Counted from the stretch's first letter, positions 35,951 to 46,568 are shown. The stretch is DNA of 64,000 nt from Methanobacteriota archaeon (GCA_027064305.1 JAMOPY010000023.1:20622-84621), one strand, 5' to 3'. Notes: generated from the sequence alone by a model not told the origin. Numbers and translations: made by a program.

Positions 35951-37003
35951 TTGAAACCGATCACCCTCGTGCGCCCCTCCGGCGAGGTCACGGCCAAGAG
36001 CCCCGTCGTCCGCAAGACCCTCCTCGGCGAGCTCGCCGCCCGCCTCGAACGGCGCACGGGCGAGGTCGTGCGCGTGAAGGGCCCCCGGCTGATCGTCCAC
36101 GGCCACCACGAGAAGGAGGCCGCCCGAGAGTTCGGCGTCGCCGGCGCCCTCCCCGGCTACGAGGTCAAACCCCGTCCCCAGACCGTGCTAAAGGCGTTCA
36201 GGAGACTACTCCGGGACGCGCCGGAGCGCATCCGGCTCGACGTGCGCTCCCACCACCCGAACGTCTCCGGCCGCTCCCTGTACGACGCCGCCCGCGACCT
36301 GGCGGAGGCCTCCGGGCACACCGTGACCAAATCCGCCCCCCGCGTGCTCCTCGAGGTCCACGACGACGCCGCCTACGCGTGCGGACCGGAGGAACCGGGC
36401 CCCGAGGGCCTCCCCGTCGGCACCCAGGGCACCGCCCTCACCCTCCTCTCCGGCGGACTCGACAGCCCCGTCGCCGCCTGGATGGCCATGCGACGCGGCC
36501 TCGAGTGCCGCGGCCTCCACCTCCTCGTGACCGAGTCCGAGCTCGAGGCGGCCGAGGAGAACGAGAGGATCCTCCGAAGGTGGGACCCCGAGTTCAAGCT
36601 GCACGTCGACGAGTCCCACCGGGAGTTCCTGGAGACGGCCGAGGAGCGGCTCTCCGGCCGCCTCGAACGCTACCTGTGCGTCGTCTGCAAGATGCGCATG
36701 ATCGAGCGCGCCTGCGAGTGGGCCGAACGACTGGGCTGCGAGTGCCTGATCACGGGCGACTCGCTGGGCCAGGTGGCGAGCCAAACGGTATGGAACCTAC
36801 GGCTCGAGGAACGAACGGCCCGCCTCCCCATCTTCCGCCCGCTGATCGGGATGAACAAGCCCGAGATCGTCCGGTACGGGCGCCGCATCGGGATCCCGCA
36901 GCGCGACCCGGGCCGATGCCCCTTCGTCCCCGACCGACCCATCGTTAAGCCCCGGGAACGAGAGGCGATTAGGGCCTACCGGAAAGTCAAGGAAGCGCGA
37001 TAA
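35951..37003 (+). CDS. thiI: tRNA 4-thiouridine synthase (THUMP + PP-loop)
   Basis: GEVTAKS, GP.GLPVGTQG, LLSGGLDSPVA, CVVCK, TGDSLGQVASQT and RPLIG..K.EI. Confidence 0.93.
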   Translation: MKPITLVRPSGEVTAKSPVVRKTLLGELAARLERRTGEVVRVKGPRLIVHGHHEKEAAREFGVAGALPGYEVKPRPQTVLKAFRRLLRDAPERIRLDVRSHHPNVSGRSLYDAARDLAEASGHTVTKSAPRVLLEVHDDAAYACGPEEPGPEGLPVGTQGTALTLLSGGLDSPVAAWMAMRRGLECRGLHLLVTESELEAAEENERILRRWDPEFKLHVDESHREFLETAEERLSGRLERYLCVVCKMRMIERACEWAERLGCECLITGDSLGQVASQTVWNLRLEERTARLPIFRPLIGMNKPEIVRYGRRIGIPQRDPGRCPFVPDRPIVKPREREAIRAYRKVKEAR

Positions 37004-37161
37004 AGACCCACCGAAACGCGAGACGACGCGCAGATGGTAACCCCCGTTCCCTACCCATCCACGGGGCCCACCCCGATGTTCTCCCCTTTTCCGAAAACGA
37101 AGGGGACCTCGACCCGACCCCACTCACCCGACACCGGGCCTCGGAGTTCGTTCGCCACGGC

Positions 37162-37980
37162 GTGATCACCCTCGAACCCGACCGACCCCTGTGGAGCGCG
37201 ATCAAGGCCATGGTGCTTCACCGCGTCCCCGGAATCGTGCTCCTGAACGAGCGCGACCCCGCGAGGGTGATCGAGGAGGCGGACGTGATCCGGGCCCTGC
37301 GCTCCCTAGAAGGGGACGCACTCCGGGCCGAGGCGTGGAGGTTCTCCCGCCCCGGGGCGACGATCGCCCCGGACGACTCCCTGCTGGACGCCGCGGTCGA
37401 GATCGTGCGAAGGGGCGTCACGCACGCGCTCGTGCGCTCCCCCGGCTCCCGCCGGGGCGTCTACGGAACCCTCGCGATCGACATCGCCCGCGCGTTGACC
37501 GGTAACTATCGGGGCCACCACGTCCCGCCCCGGTTCCGGCCCTCCACGGGGATACCCCGCGTGGAGCGACCGCCGCGCGGGCCCGAGCGCCTGTCGGTGG
37601 GCGACGTGAGGTGGAGGCGGCCGCTCGCGCTGGACGCGTCCTCCTCGATCGCCCAGGTCGCCCGCGCCGTCGGCGAGCGACACCGCAGGTACGCGGTCCT
37701 GCTGGAGGTCGGGCGCCCGGTGGGCCGTGTCGGCGACCGCGAGGTCCTGGCGGCACTCCTGGACGCGATCGCCCACCGTCGTGACCTGGGACGGCTCCGA
37801 GCGGTCGACTACGCACGGAGCGTCGTTACCGTCTCCCCCAGCACGCCACTGGCCGAGGCCCTGTGGGAGATGGTGAAGGAGTTCTCGGATCGCGCCTACG
37901 TGGTCCGTCGGGGCGAGCCCGCCGGGGTGGTGCCCGTGGCGGACGCCGTGTACGTGCTGGCGGCCGTCGAGGGGCGGTGA
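37162..37980 (+). CDS. CBS-domain protein (about 4 CBS repeats); true start may be slightly upstream
   Basis: Repeated ITL.PD..L..A / TIAPDDSLLDAA / VTVSPSTPLAEAL motifs. Confidence 0.75.
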   Translation: MITLEPDRPLWSAIKAMVLHRVPGIVLLNERDPARVIEEADVIRALRSLEGDALRAEAWRFSRPGATIAPDDSLLDAAVEIVRRGVTHALVRSPGSRRGVYGTLAIDIARALTGNYRGHHVPPRFRPSTGIPRVERPPRGPERLSVGDVRWRRPLALDASSSIAQVARAVGERHRRYAVLLEVGRPVGRVGDREVLAALLDAIAHRRDLGRLRAVDYARSVVTVSPSTPLAEALWEMVKEFSDRAYVVRRGEPAGVVPVADAVYVLAAVEGR

Positions 37981-38031
37981 CCCGGACAAAGGTGATAACG
38001 CCGCGCGCCCGGAGCCGCCCGGGGCCGCCGC

Positions 38032-38544
38032 TTGGAGGAGGTCCTACGAGGCCGCGTCTGGGTGTTCGGGGACAACGTGGACACGGATCAGATCATCCCG
38101 GGCCGGTACCTGACCACCCAGGACCCCGAGGAGCTGGCCAGGCACGTGATGGAGGGTGCGGACCCGGAGTTCCCGGAGAAGGTGCGGGAGGGCGACATCC
38201 TCGTCGCGGGTCGGAACTTCGGGTGCGGGTCCTCCCGGGAGCACGCGCCGATCGCGCTCAAGGCGGCCGGGATCGCGTGCGTGGTCGCCGAGTCCTTCGC
38301 CCGGATCTTCTACCGGAACGCCGTGAACGTGGGGCTGCCCGTGATCGTGTGCCCCGGCGCGACCGACGCGTTCGAGACGGGGCACGAGGCGGAGGTGCGG
38401 CTGACCGAGGGGGTGATTCGAAACCTCACGACCGGGGAGGAGCTGGAGGCGAAGCCGCTGCCGAGGTTCATGATGCGGATCCTCGAGGCGGGCGGTCTGG
38501 TGGAGCTGATCCGGAGGCACGGGCCGGAGGCGCTGGAGGGGTGA
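38032..38544 (+). CDS. leuD: 3-isopropylmalate dehydratase / homoaconitase small subunit
   Basis: GDNVDTDQIIPGRYL, GRNFGCGSSREHA and SFARIFYRN. Confidence 0.9.
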   Translation: MEEVLRGRVWVFGDNVDTDQIIPGRYLTTQDPEELARHVMEGADPEFPEKVREGDILVAGRNFGCGSSREHAPIALKAAGIACVVAESFARIFYRNAVNVGLPVIVCPGATDAFETGHEAEVRLTEGVIRNLTTGEELEAKPLPRFMMRILEAGGLVELIRRHGPEALEG

Positions 38545-38550
38545 CGGCCG

Positions 38551-39558
38551 TTGTACAGGATCGCCGTGGTGCCGGGCGACGGGATCGGTCCCGAGGTGAT
38601 CGAAGCCGCCCTGCACGTGATCGAGCCCCTGATCGACGCCGAGTTCGTGGAGTGCGAGGCGGGCGACGCGTGCGCGGAGCGGCGCGGGGACCCGCTCCCG
38701 GAGGAGACGCTGGAGACCTGCCGGGAGGCCGACGCGGTGCTGTTCGGGGCGGCCGGGGAGACCGCGGCCGACGTCATCGTCCGCCTGCGGCAGGAGCTGG
38801 ACCTGTACGCGAACATCCGGCCCGTCCGCGGCTTCGAGGGGCTCCGGGAGCTCACGGGCGAGCCGTACGTGCGCGACGACGTGGATCTCGTGATCGTGCG
38901 CGAGAACACGGAGGGCCTGTACGCGGGCGTGGAGGGTCGCTTCCGGGACGCCGCCTACACGCTGAGGGTCATCACGGAGGAGGGGACCCGGAGGATCGCG
39001 GAGATCGCGTGCGACATCGCCGAGGACCGTGGCGCCGACGCGGTCACGTGCGTGCACAAGGCGAACGTGATGCGGGAGACGTGCGGCCTGTTCCGGGACG
39101 TCTGCAGGGAGGTGGTGGAGGACCGGGGCCTGAAGTTCGAGGAGTACTACGTGGACGCCGCCGCCATGTTCCTAATCACCGAACCCGAGCGCTTCGACGT
39201 GGTGGTCACGCCGAACATGTTCGGCGACATCCTCTCGGACGAGGCCGCGGCCCTCGTGGGCGGGCTCGGCCTGGCGCCGAGCGCGAACGTGGGGGACGAG
39301 CACGCGCTGTTCGAGCCCGTGCACGGGTCCGCCCCCGACATCGCCGGCAAGGGCATCGCCAACCCCCTCGCCGCCATCCTCTCCGCCGCCATGATGCTCG
39401 AGTGGCTCGGGGAGAAGGAGGCGGCGGAGGCCGTCTGGGAGGCCGTCGGTGACGCCATCCGGGAGCGGTGCGTGACCCCGGACCTGGGCGGGGACAAGCG
39501 GACGATGGAGGTCGCCGAGTTCGTGCGGGAGCGGGCCCTCAGCCGGGTCCGGAGCTAG
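38551..39558 (+). CDS. leuB: 3-isopropylmalate dehydrogenase
   Basis: PGDGIGPEV, GAAGETAADVIVRLR, RENTEG.Y, NMFGDILSD and EPVHGSAPDIAG. Confidence 0.9.
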   Translation: MYRIAVVPGDGIGPEVIEAALHVIEPLIDAEFVECEAGDACAERRGDPLPEETLETCREADAVLFGAAGETAADVIVRLRQELDLYANIRPVRGFEGLRELTGEPYVRDDVDLVIVRENTEGLYAGVEGRFRDAAYTLRVITEEGTRRIAEIACDIAEDRGADAVTCVHKANVMRETCGLFRDVCREVVEDRGLKFEEYYVDAAAMFLITEPERFDVVVTPNMFGDILSDEAAALVGGLGLAPSANVGDEHALFEPVHGSAPDIAGKGIANPLAAILSAAMMLEWLGEKEAAEAVWEAVGDAIRERCVTPDLGGDKRTMEVAEFVRERALSRVRS

Positions 39559-39866
39559 CCCCGGACCCGGGGCCTCCTCCACCGGACGACGGGCCCGGGC
39601 CGCCCGACTGCGATCCCCCGCCCCCGGACTCGCTCCCGGACACGCCCACGTCCTTCACCTTCACCCGCTCCGCGATGTGCGAGGGCGAGACCGGGTGGGG
39701 CTTCCGGTGCTTCAGCTCCGGGGGTAGGGTCACCTTGCTCTTCTTCCGCTCCTTCAGTACCTCCTCCTTCGCGGGTGAAACGCTGATGAACCCGGCGGCC
39801 GCCCCGATTAGGAACCCGAGGACGGCGGTCACCTTCAGCAGGGTGGGGGCCCGCACTCCCGACCAC
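39555..39866 (-). CDS. Small membrane-anchored protein with a Gly/Ser/Pro-rich tail
   Basis: N-terminal hydrophobic helix, basic linker and GSESGGGGSQSGGPGP tail. Confidence 0.6.
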   Translation of the reverse strand: MVGSAGPHPAEGDRRPRVPNRGGRRVHQRFTREGGGTEGAEEEQGDPTPGAEAPEAPPGLALAHRGAGEGEGRGRVRERVRGRGIAVGRPGPVVRWRRPRVRG

Positions 39867-39880
39867 CCCGGGGTTCGTCC

Positions 39881-40591
39881 ATGCCCTCGGTCAAAATGAC
39901 CATTGGGGCGAGCGGGGCCGCGGAGGCCGCGCTCAACGGCGACGTGGTGGTCGTGGTGGACGTGGTCAACACCTCCTCCGCCGCGGAGGTCGCCCTTCGG
40001 GGCGGCGCCATCGAGGTGCTCGGAGCCGCCCCCGACCGCGCCTACGAGGTCCTGGTGAGGAAGCGGGCCTCCAAGTACCCGTTCGCGGACGCGCCGAAGG
40101 GCGTGGACCCGGTGGAGCGGGGTCGGGAGGCGGGCCGCCTCGCCGTGGAGCACGACGCGGAGGTGGTGCTGGTGGTGGACGGCGGCGAGGAGAACGCGCG
40201 GATGGCCCGGCAGGGCGTGGAGGAAGAGGGGGCCGAGATCGCCGAGATCGTGCCCAACGCGGGCCCTCGCATCAAGGACGTGGTCGACCTCTCCGACCGG
40301 GTCTTCCTCTTCGTCACCGCCACGGGGGGCACCCTGTACGACGTGGCCCGCACGCACGGGGCGCCCGCCGTCACCTTCGGCACGGTCGTGCGACGCTCCC
40401 TAATCCGCGCGTGCGCGGAGCGGGCCGTCCGGCTGTCCGAGCGCTACGGATCCGGGATCACCATCGTCGCCTCCTCCATCTTCGCCCCCGAGGACCTCGA
40501 CGCGGGCGCCCGCATCTTCGAGGAGGTCTGCAAGGTCATCACCGAGAACGTCTGCGAGGAGCGGTTCGAGGAGATCGTCAGCTCCCTGTGA
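39881..40591 (+). CDS. ComB (2-phosphosulfolactate phosphatase)-like protein, divergent
   Basis: [20 protein letters not shown] and EDL resemble ComB motifs VIDVLRATT, NSP, TTNGT and ED. Confidence 0.5.
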   Translation: MPSVKMTIGASGAAEAALNGDVVVVVDVVNTSSAAEVALRGGAIEVLGAAPDRAYEVLVRKRASKYPFADAPKGVDPVERGREAGRLAVEHDAEVVLVVDGGEENARMARQGVEEEGAEIAEIVPNAGPRIKDVVDLSDRVFLFVTATGGTLYDVARTHGAPAVTFGTVVRRSLIRACAERAVRLSERYGSGITIVASSIFAPEDLDAGARIFEEVCKVITENVCEERFEEIVSSL

Positions 40592-40604
40592 GGGGGCGCC
40601 CCGG

Positions 40605-41810
40605 TTGGGTTACGTTGACCGGTACCCGGACGAGGACGGTTACTTCGGCGAGTACGGCGGCCGCTTCGTGCCGGAGACCCTGATGCCCGCGCTCGAGGAG
40701 CTGGAGGACGCGTTCAAGGAGGCGCGCGAGGACCCCGGCTTCTGGGAGGAGCTTGAGGAGCTGTGGCGCAAGTACGCGGGTCGCCCCACCCCGCTGTACC
40801 ACGCCCGGAACCTCTCCCGGCGGCTCGGCGTGAAGGTGTACCTCAAGCGGGAGGACCTCGTGCACGGGGGCGCGCACAAGCTCAACAACACGCTGGGCCA
40901 GGCCCTCCTGGCCGACCGGATGGGTAAGGACCGGCTCATCGCCGAGACGGGCGCGGGCCAGCACGGGCTCGCCACGGCCATGGCGGGCGCGGCCCTGGGC
41001 AAGAAGGTCGAGATCTACATGGGCGCGGTGGACGTGGAGCGCCAGAAGCACAACGTGTTCCGGATGGAACTCATGGGGGCCAAGGTCCACCCGGTCAAGG
41101 CCGGGACTCAGACACTCAAGGACGCGATCAACGAGGCACTCCGCGACTGGATCACGAACCTGGAGACCACGCACTACCTTCTCGGCTCCGTCGTGGGACC
41201 GCACCCGTACCCCTGGATGGTCCGCGAGTTCCAGCGCGTGATCGGCCGGGAGACCAAGGAGCAGATCCAGCGCGCCGAGGGGGGACTCCCCGACGCGATC
41301 GTAGCCTGCACGGGCGGGGGCAGCAACTCGATCGGGATCTTCTACGAGTTCCTGGACGACGAGGAGGTCGCCCTGTACGCGGTCGAGGCCGCGGGCAAGG
41401 GACTGGACACGGGCGAGCACGCGGCCTCCCTGTGCGCGGGCGAGACCGGGGTCCTCCACGGGTGCCGCACCAAGGTCCTGCAGGACGAGCACGGCCAGAT
41501 CCGAACCACCCACAGCATCGCCCCGGGGCTCGACTACCCGGGCGTCGGCCCCGAGCTGGCGTTCCTGGTCGACGAGGGTCGCGTCATTGCGGACGCGGTC
41601 ACGGACGAGGAGGCGCTCAAAGGCTTCGTGATGCTCAACGAGACGGAGGGTATCCTACCCGCGCTCGAGTCCGCGCACGCGGTGTACTACGTAAAGAAGC
41701 TGGTGGACCGGGGCGAGCTGGACCGGGGTGACGTCGTGGTCGTCAACCTCTCCGGCCGCGGGGACAAAGACGTGAGGATCGCGGCCCGGGAGCTGGGCGT
41801 GTCCATCTAG
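40605..41810 (+). CDS. trpB: Tryptophan synthase beta chain
   Basis: [38 protein letters not shown] and LSGRGDKD. Confidence 0.98.
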   Translation: MGYVDRYPDEDGYFGEYGGRFVPETLMPALEELEDAFKEAREDPGFWEELEELWRKYAGRPTPLYHARNLSRRLGVKVYLKREDLVHGGAHKLNNTLGQALLADRMGKDRLIAETGAGQHGLATAMAGAALGKKVEIYMGAVDVERQKHNVFRMELMGAKVHPVKAGTQTLKDAINEALRDWITNLETTHYLLGSVVGPHPYPWMVREFQRVIGRETKEQIQRAEGGLPDAIVACTGGGSNSIGIFYEFLDDEEVALYAVEAAGKGLDTGEHAASLCAGETGVLHGCRTKVLQDEHGQIRTTHSIAPGLDYPGVGPELAFLVDEGRVIADAVTDEEALKGFVMLNETEGILPALESAHAVYYVKKLVDRGELDRGDVVVVNLSGRGDKDVRIAARELGVSI

Positions 41811-42193
41811 GACTTAGGCCGGATCCGGAACTCGCAGTGGTCATCCCCGGACAGCCGGCACCGCTCCTCTTCCACCTCCATCTCCACGTCGTAGTACAGC
41901 TCCGCCAGCTTCCGGAAGAGCGCCGCCTCGAACCGGCACGCCGGATCCTCCACCTCCACGTCCGGGTTCTCCTCGTAAAAGTCCGAGGTCACCGTCTCGT
42001 CCACCCTCACCACGATCTCCCGCACCTCGTCCCCCTCCTTCTCCACCTCGATGTCCACGCCCTCCATCCCCAGGCTCTCCAGCGTCTCAATCAGCTCCTC
42101 CAGCGAGTCCCAACCCTTCCGGTAGATAATCTCGGCGAACTCCTCCCCCTTCTCCTCCGACTCCTCCTCCAGCTCCTCAAACGACAGCTTCAA
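41807..42193 (-). CDS. Stand-alone V4R-domain protein
   Basis: PACRFEA.LF...[15 protein letters not shown]; TTG start at 42193. Confidence 0.75.
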   Translation of the reverse strand: MKLSFEELEEESEEKGEEFAEIIYRKGWDSLEELIETLESLGMEGVDIEVEKEGDEVREIVVRVDETVTSDFYEENPDVEVEDPACRFEAALFRKLAELYYDVEMEVEEERCRLSGDDHCEFRIRPKS

Positions 42194-42208
42194 CCGGGGG
42201 ACCCCCGC

Positions 42209-42574
42209 TTGAGGCACTTTAAGACCCTCACCGACCGGGAGCGGGCCATCTTTGAGGCCGGAATTACCCTGGGCGCAATTTATCATCAATTCTCCGGTAC
42301 GCCCGTCTCCCCCGAAACCGCGAGGGACGTGGCCCGCTGCATCGAGCGCGCCGCCGAGCTGCAACCCTGCGTCGAGCGGGTCAGCGTCGACATCGACGTG
42401 AGCGAGCGGGACACCGAGAACTACGGCGGATACACCGAGGTCTCCGGGCGCAACCTCCGCGTCCGGCTCGTCACCCGATGCGGGGACTGGGAGGCCGTGG
42501 CCCGCCTGGAGTACGTGGAGGAGCTGGAGTACCCCCTCATGTGGATCGAGGAGGTCCGGAGGGTGCGCGATTGA
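42209..42574 (+). CDS. mptD: Archaeal dihydroneopterin aldolase
   Basis: RERAIFEAGITLGAIYHQFSGTPV, QP.V, Y..YTE and YPLM. Confidence 0.92.
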   Translation: MRHFKTLTDRERAIFEAGITLGAIYHQFSGTPVSPETARDVARCIERAAELQPCVERVSVDIDVSERDTENYGGYTEVSGRNLRVRLVTRCGDWEAVARLEYVEELEYPLMWIEEVRRVRD

Positions 42575-43863
42575 CCGTCGTGGGCATCGCCGCGGACTTC
42601 GACCCTCCCCACCGCGGACACGCGTACCTCCTAGAACGCGCCACCGAGCTCGGGGAGGAGGTCGTCGTCTTCCTCAACGCGGACTACACCGCCCACCACA
42701 CCCCACCCCTCCTCCCGTACGAGCTCCGCGCCGAGATCGTCCTCGAGCTCGGCGCCGACGACGTGCGACCGGTGCGCGGGTACCACCAGCGCTTCCCCCT
42801 GGCCTACACGGTCCCCGTACGCGTCGCCACCATGGCCGAGGCCGGCGTGGACGTCATCCTGGACGCCGGTCCCCGACGAGACCTGGAGGAGGTCCGACGC
42901 CACGCCGAGCGGGTCCTCGAGCGGGGCGACCTCTTCTCCATCCCCAAGACCGTGCCCGCGAGGAACCTCGTCCGGTGGCTGGCCGCCGTGGAGCTGGTCA
43001 ACCGTCGGCTGGGCACGGACGTGGAGCTCAGGATCGTGCCGGAGCTGCCCGGGCACTCGGGCCGCCGGATCCGGGCCGCCCTCCGCCGCGCCGACTACTC
43101 GCCCGACGCCCTGAACGGGCTCCGCCGCCACCTCCCGGACGAAACGTTCAGAAGACTGAAACGTTACCTGTCCCGGGAGCGTCCCCCCATCGCCCGGAGG
43201 GAGCGACTCGTCCGCACCGCCAACGCGGCGGGCCCGGATCGCATTTGTAGCGTCGCGCACGTGAACACCCTGGCCGCCCGGGAGCTCCTCCGCGGCCGCC
43301 CCTTCCGCGACGAGCGGCAGCTCTGGGGCGCCCTCAGGCGCGCCGGGTACGGCTCCGTGCTCACCCGGCTCGCCCTCGCCAACCTGGAGTGCCGCGTCAC
43401 CTCCGAGGAACTCGCCCGAACCGCCCTGGAGTGGGTCACCCAGGGTCTCGTACCCCCAGGTCAGAGCCCCCACCGCATGTACGAGCGCGACTGGTTCGTC
43501 GCCCGACTCTCCGCCGCCGGCGTGCCCGCCCGAACCGCCGACCGCCTCTTCCGCCGCGCGGACTCCTACCGGGAGGCCGCCGACCGGGCCCGCGAGCGCT
43601 ACCGACTCGACCCCGGGAGGCCCAGACGCAGCGTCCGCATCGGCTCGGCGAGCGCCCCGGACGGCGCGTACCGACCGGCCGTGAACGCCCGAGGGATCTT
43701 CGGCGTGCTCGCGGACGGTGAGTTCCTCCGGCTGGAGCTCACCGCCTTCGGGGCCACCCTGCTGCGCTACGTCATCGACGACCCGTTCGTCGACGCCCGG
43801 GTCCGCGTGGAGGACGGGGAGGCCTGGCTCGAGGCCTTTCCCGGGGGTCCCGACGGACCTTGA
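42571..43863 (+). CDS. HIGH-motif nucleotidyltransferase (TmcAL/cytidyltransferase-like)
   Basis: GIAADFDPPHRGH, R..I..E.GAD and SG..IR. Confidence 0.8.
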   Translation: MTVVGIAADFDPPHRGHAYLLERATELGEEVVVFLNADYTAHHTPPLLPYELRAEIVLELGADDVRPVRGYHQRFPLAYTVPVRVATMAEAGVDVILDAGPRRDLEEVRRHAERVLERGDLFSIPKTVPARNLVRWLAAVELVNRRLGTDVELRIVPELPGHSGRRIRAALRRADYSPDALNGLRRHLPDETFRRLKRYLSRERPPIARRERLVRTANAAGPDRICSVAHVNTLAARELLRGRPFRDERQLWGALRRAGYGSVLTRLALANLECRVTSEELARTALEWVTQGLVPPGQSPHRMYERDWFVARLSAAGVPARTADRLFRRADSYREAADRARERYRLDPGRPRRSVRIGSASAPDGAYRPAVNARGIFGVLADGEFLRLELTAFGATLLRYVIDDPFVDARVRVEDGEAWLEAFPGGPDGP

Positions 43864-45068
43864 GGACCGTGTGGTTCCTCCTGCACTCCAAGAACCGGTA
43901 CAGCCTCGCCCACGTGCTCGGCGCAATCGAGGTGGAGGCACCGGAACTGCTCCCCCACGTCCGGGTCTCCAGGCGCCCGAGGCCGCGCGAAGGCGACGTG
44001 CTCGTCTGCTCGTTCAACACCTTCATGGCCGCCGAGGTGTTCGAGCTGGTGGAGCGGCTCCCGGAGGACGTGATCACGGTCGCCGGCGGCCCCCACCCCT
44101 CGGCGCGCCCCGACCAGTGCCTGGAGCGCGGGTTCGACCTCGTCCTGATCGGCGAGGGGGAGCGGGTGGTCCCGGAGGTCCTGCGGGAGCTCGCCCGGGG
44201 CCGAATGCCGGAGGAGCGCCCGGGCGTGTACCTGGGGGAGGGGAGGCCCGAACCCGCGCCCCGCGTCGAGCGGCTGGAGCGGTACCCGCCGTACTCCGAG
44301 GAGTTCCGCCTCTTCTGCCCCATCGAGATCACCCGAGGATGCCCCTGGGGCTGCGCGTTCTGCCAGGTCAGCCGGCTCTTCGGCCGACGACCGCGGCACC
44401 GACCCGTGGAGGACGTCGTCCGGTGGGTCCGCCGGGGGGTCGAGCGCGGGCACGCGTTCGCCCGCTTCGTCGCCCCGGACGCCCTGGCCTACGGCTCGCC
44501 CGACGGCCGCCGGCTGCGGCCGGAGAAGGTGGAGCGGCTGCTCCGCGAGCTCCGGTCCGTGGACGGGCTCGAGCGGGTTTACTTCGGCAGCTTCCCGGCC
44601 GAGGTGCGGCCGGACTCGCTGGTCCGCGCCGACGGGGCCGAGCTCATCGCCCACTACGCGGACAACGAGCGGGTGAACATGGGGGCTCAGTCCGGCAGCG
44701 AGCGCGTGCTCCGCCGGATCGCCCGAGGACACACGGTGGAGGACGTGCGGCGGGCCGTGGACGCGTGCCTGGAGCAGGGCCTCACGCCGGTCGTCGACTT
44801 CATCTTCGGCCTACCGGGGGAGACGAGGGAGGACCAGTGGAAGTCCGTGCGGCTGGCGGAGTGGATCATTCGACGGGGCGGTGAGGTGCGCCTGCACTAC
44901 TTCATGCCGCTGCCGGGAACGCCCCTGGAGGACGCGGAACCCGCCCCGCTGGACCCGGAGATCCGGCGGGTGCTGGGCCGGTGGACGCGGGAGGGGAAGG
45001 CGGAGGGAGCCTGGGGCCACCAGATGAGGCTGTCCAAGATGGCCCGCAAGGTGTTGGCGGAGCCTTGA
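43860..45068 (+). CDS. B12-binding/radical SAM protein (TIGR04013-like)
   Basis: AGGPHPS, GEGE, EITRGCPWGCAFCQ, FGSFPAEVRP and GAQSGS. Confidence 0.9.
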   Translation: MRTVWFLLHSKNRYSLAHVLGAIEVEAPELLPHVRVSRRPRPREGDVLVCSFNTFMAAEVFELVERLPEDVITVAGGPHPSARPDQCLERGFDLVLIGEGERVVPEVLRELARGRMPEERPGVYLGEGRPEPAPRVERLERYPPYSEEFRLFCPIEITRGCPWGCAFCQVSRLFGRRPRHRPVEDVVRWVRRGVERGHAFARFVAPDALAYGSPDGRRLRPEKVERLLRELRSVDGLERVYFGSFPAEVRPDSLVRADGAELIAHYADNERVNMGAQSGSERVLRRIARGHTVEDVRRAVDACLEQGLTPVVDFIFGLPGETREDQWKSVRLAEWIIRRGGEVRLHYFMPLPGTPLEDAEPAPLDPEIRRVLGRWTREGKAEGAWGHQMRLSKMARKVLAEP

Positions 45069-45847
45069 CGGAGGAAGAGGTGCGCGTGACGGTCCTGTTC
45101 CCAAGATCGATGGAGCGTCGGGTGCTCTCCGCCCTGAGGGACCTGACGGCCTTTCTCCGGGAAACCGTCGGCGTCGAGGAGCTGGGCCTGGGCACGGTAG
45201 AGGAGCCGGAGGAGTACGCCCGGTGGCTGGCACGCCGGGTCAGCGATCACGTGGCGGAGGAGGTACTTCACTCGCTCCTCGGCAACGCCGGCGCCCTGGC
45301 CGTCCGCGTTGACGAGCTGGAGTACCACGTGATCGTGGGCCCCGCCTACGACTCCCGACGGTTCCTGCGGGCCGGCCTGGCGCACGAGTTCGCCCACATC
45401 CTTCAGCACCGAATGGGCCTGTTCCCGAGCGGGCTCCGGGCCCCGGCCGGCGCCGCGCGCTCGATCCTCCTGCCCCTGGAGGTGGGGGCGGAGGAGCTGG
45501 TCCTGCGCCGGCTCCCGGAGGTGGGTGAGGACAGAATCGAGCTGGCCCGCCGAGAGGGGTCCGAGTGGCGGCGAACGGGGGACCCGCTCCTGGACCTGGA
45601 GAACGCGCTCATCGCCGCCCCGGTGAACCTGGCGCTAAGGAGGCTGGGACGGGAGACCCGGGTTCCGGAACCCCGGGTGGACGACGAGGAGGTCTCCGCC
45701 GCGCGGCGCCGGCTCGTGCGCTCGGCCGCCCGAGTCGACCCGTGGGACCGGGAGCAGGTGCGCGAGTACGTGGAGTGGGCGTCCGGGTGGCTCCTCCGCT
45801 GGCTCGCCGACCTCGACTACCCGCGGCACCACTCCACCAACGACTGA
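45065..45847 (+). CDS. Hypothetical protein with an HEXXH zincin motif
   Basis: [11 protein letters not shown] plus downstream E..AE; TTG overlaps the upstream stop. Confidence 0.65.
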   Translation: MTEEEVRVTVLFPRSMERRVLSALRDLTAFLRETVGVEELGLGTVEEPEEYARWLARRVSDHVAEEVLHSLLGNAGALAVRVDELEYHVIVGPAYDSRRFLRAGLAHEFAHILQHRMGLFPSGLRAPAGAARSILLPLEVGAEELVLRRLPEVGEDRIELARREGSEWRRTGDPLLDLENALIAAPVNLALRRLGRETRVPEPRVDDEEVSAARRRLVRSAARVDPWDREQVREYVEWASGWLLRWLADLDYPRHHSTND

Positions 45848-46497
45848 AACAGGCGAAGCCCGTCCTCGGACCCCTGCAACCGGTGCGCGGCTCGCTCCGG
45901 GTGCGGCATCATCCCCAGGACGTTGCCCTCCCGGTTAACCACCCCGGTGATGCCCCGAACCGAGCCGTTCGGGTTATACCGGTCGTCAACCTCGCCGTTC
46001 GGGCCGCAGAACCGGAACACGACCCGGTCCTCCACCCGGTCCGGATCCTCCGCGTAGTACCGCCCCTCCGCGTGCGCGATCGGGATCCGAAGCACCTCCC
46101 CCTCCCGGTACCTGCCCGTGAACGGCGTGTCCGCGCGCTCCACCCGTAGGTGCACCCAGTCGCAGATGAACCGGTTACCGCGGTTGACCGTCAGCGTGCC
46201 GGGGATCAACCCCGCCTCCGCCAGGATCTGCATCCCGTTGCACACGCCCAGCACCGGGCGCCCCTCCTCCGCGAACTCCCGCACCTCCTCCATGATCGGG
46301 GACCGGGCGGCGATGGCCCCGGCCCGCACGTAGTCCCCGTAGGTGAATCCGCCCGGGATGATGACCGCGTCGTACTCGGCCAGCCCCCCGTCCTCGTGCC
46401 ACACGAACTCCGCCTCCGCGCCCGCCCGCTCCACGGCCCAGGCCATCTCGAGATCGCAGTTGGTACCCGGGAACCGAAGGACCGCAACGCGGACCAA
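45817..46497 (-). CDS. purQ: FGAM synthase glutaminase subunit
   Basis: [28 protein letters not shown] and MMPHPER. Confidence 0.97.
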   Translation of the reverse strand: MVRVAVLRFPGTNCDLEMAWAVERAGAEAEFVWHEDGGLAEYDAVIIPGGFTYGDYVRAGAIAARSPIMEEVREFAEEGRPVLGVCNGMQILAEAGLIPGTLTVNRGNRFICDWVHLRVERADTPFTGRYREGEVLRIPIAHAEGRYYAEDPDRVEDRVVFRFCGPNGEVDDRYNPNGSVRGITGVVNREGNVLGMMPHPERAAHRLQGSEDGLRLFQSLVEWCRG

Positions 46498-46502
46498 CCG
46501 AA

Positions 46503-46568
46503 GACCCCCCGATGACGACGACCCACGGGGCCGAGCGGGTGACGAGTCCCAAGTACGCCGAGGGGGTC
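46503..46568 (+). ncRNA. Box C/D guide sRNA, antisense within the purS-purQ spacer
   Basis: GACCCCC/GGGGGTC terminal stem; ATGACGA-12nt-CCGA-GTGACGA-12nt-CCGA. Confidence 0.85.

Noticed and set aside
37080-37164. Possible second non-canonical start (CBS similarity seems to extend upstream of the GTG at 37162)
   Set aside because: No clear ATC/CTG candidate with a well-spaced RBS; the GTG start remains plausible.
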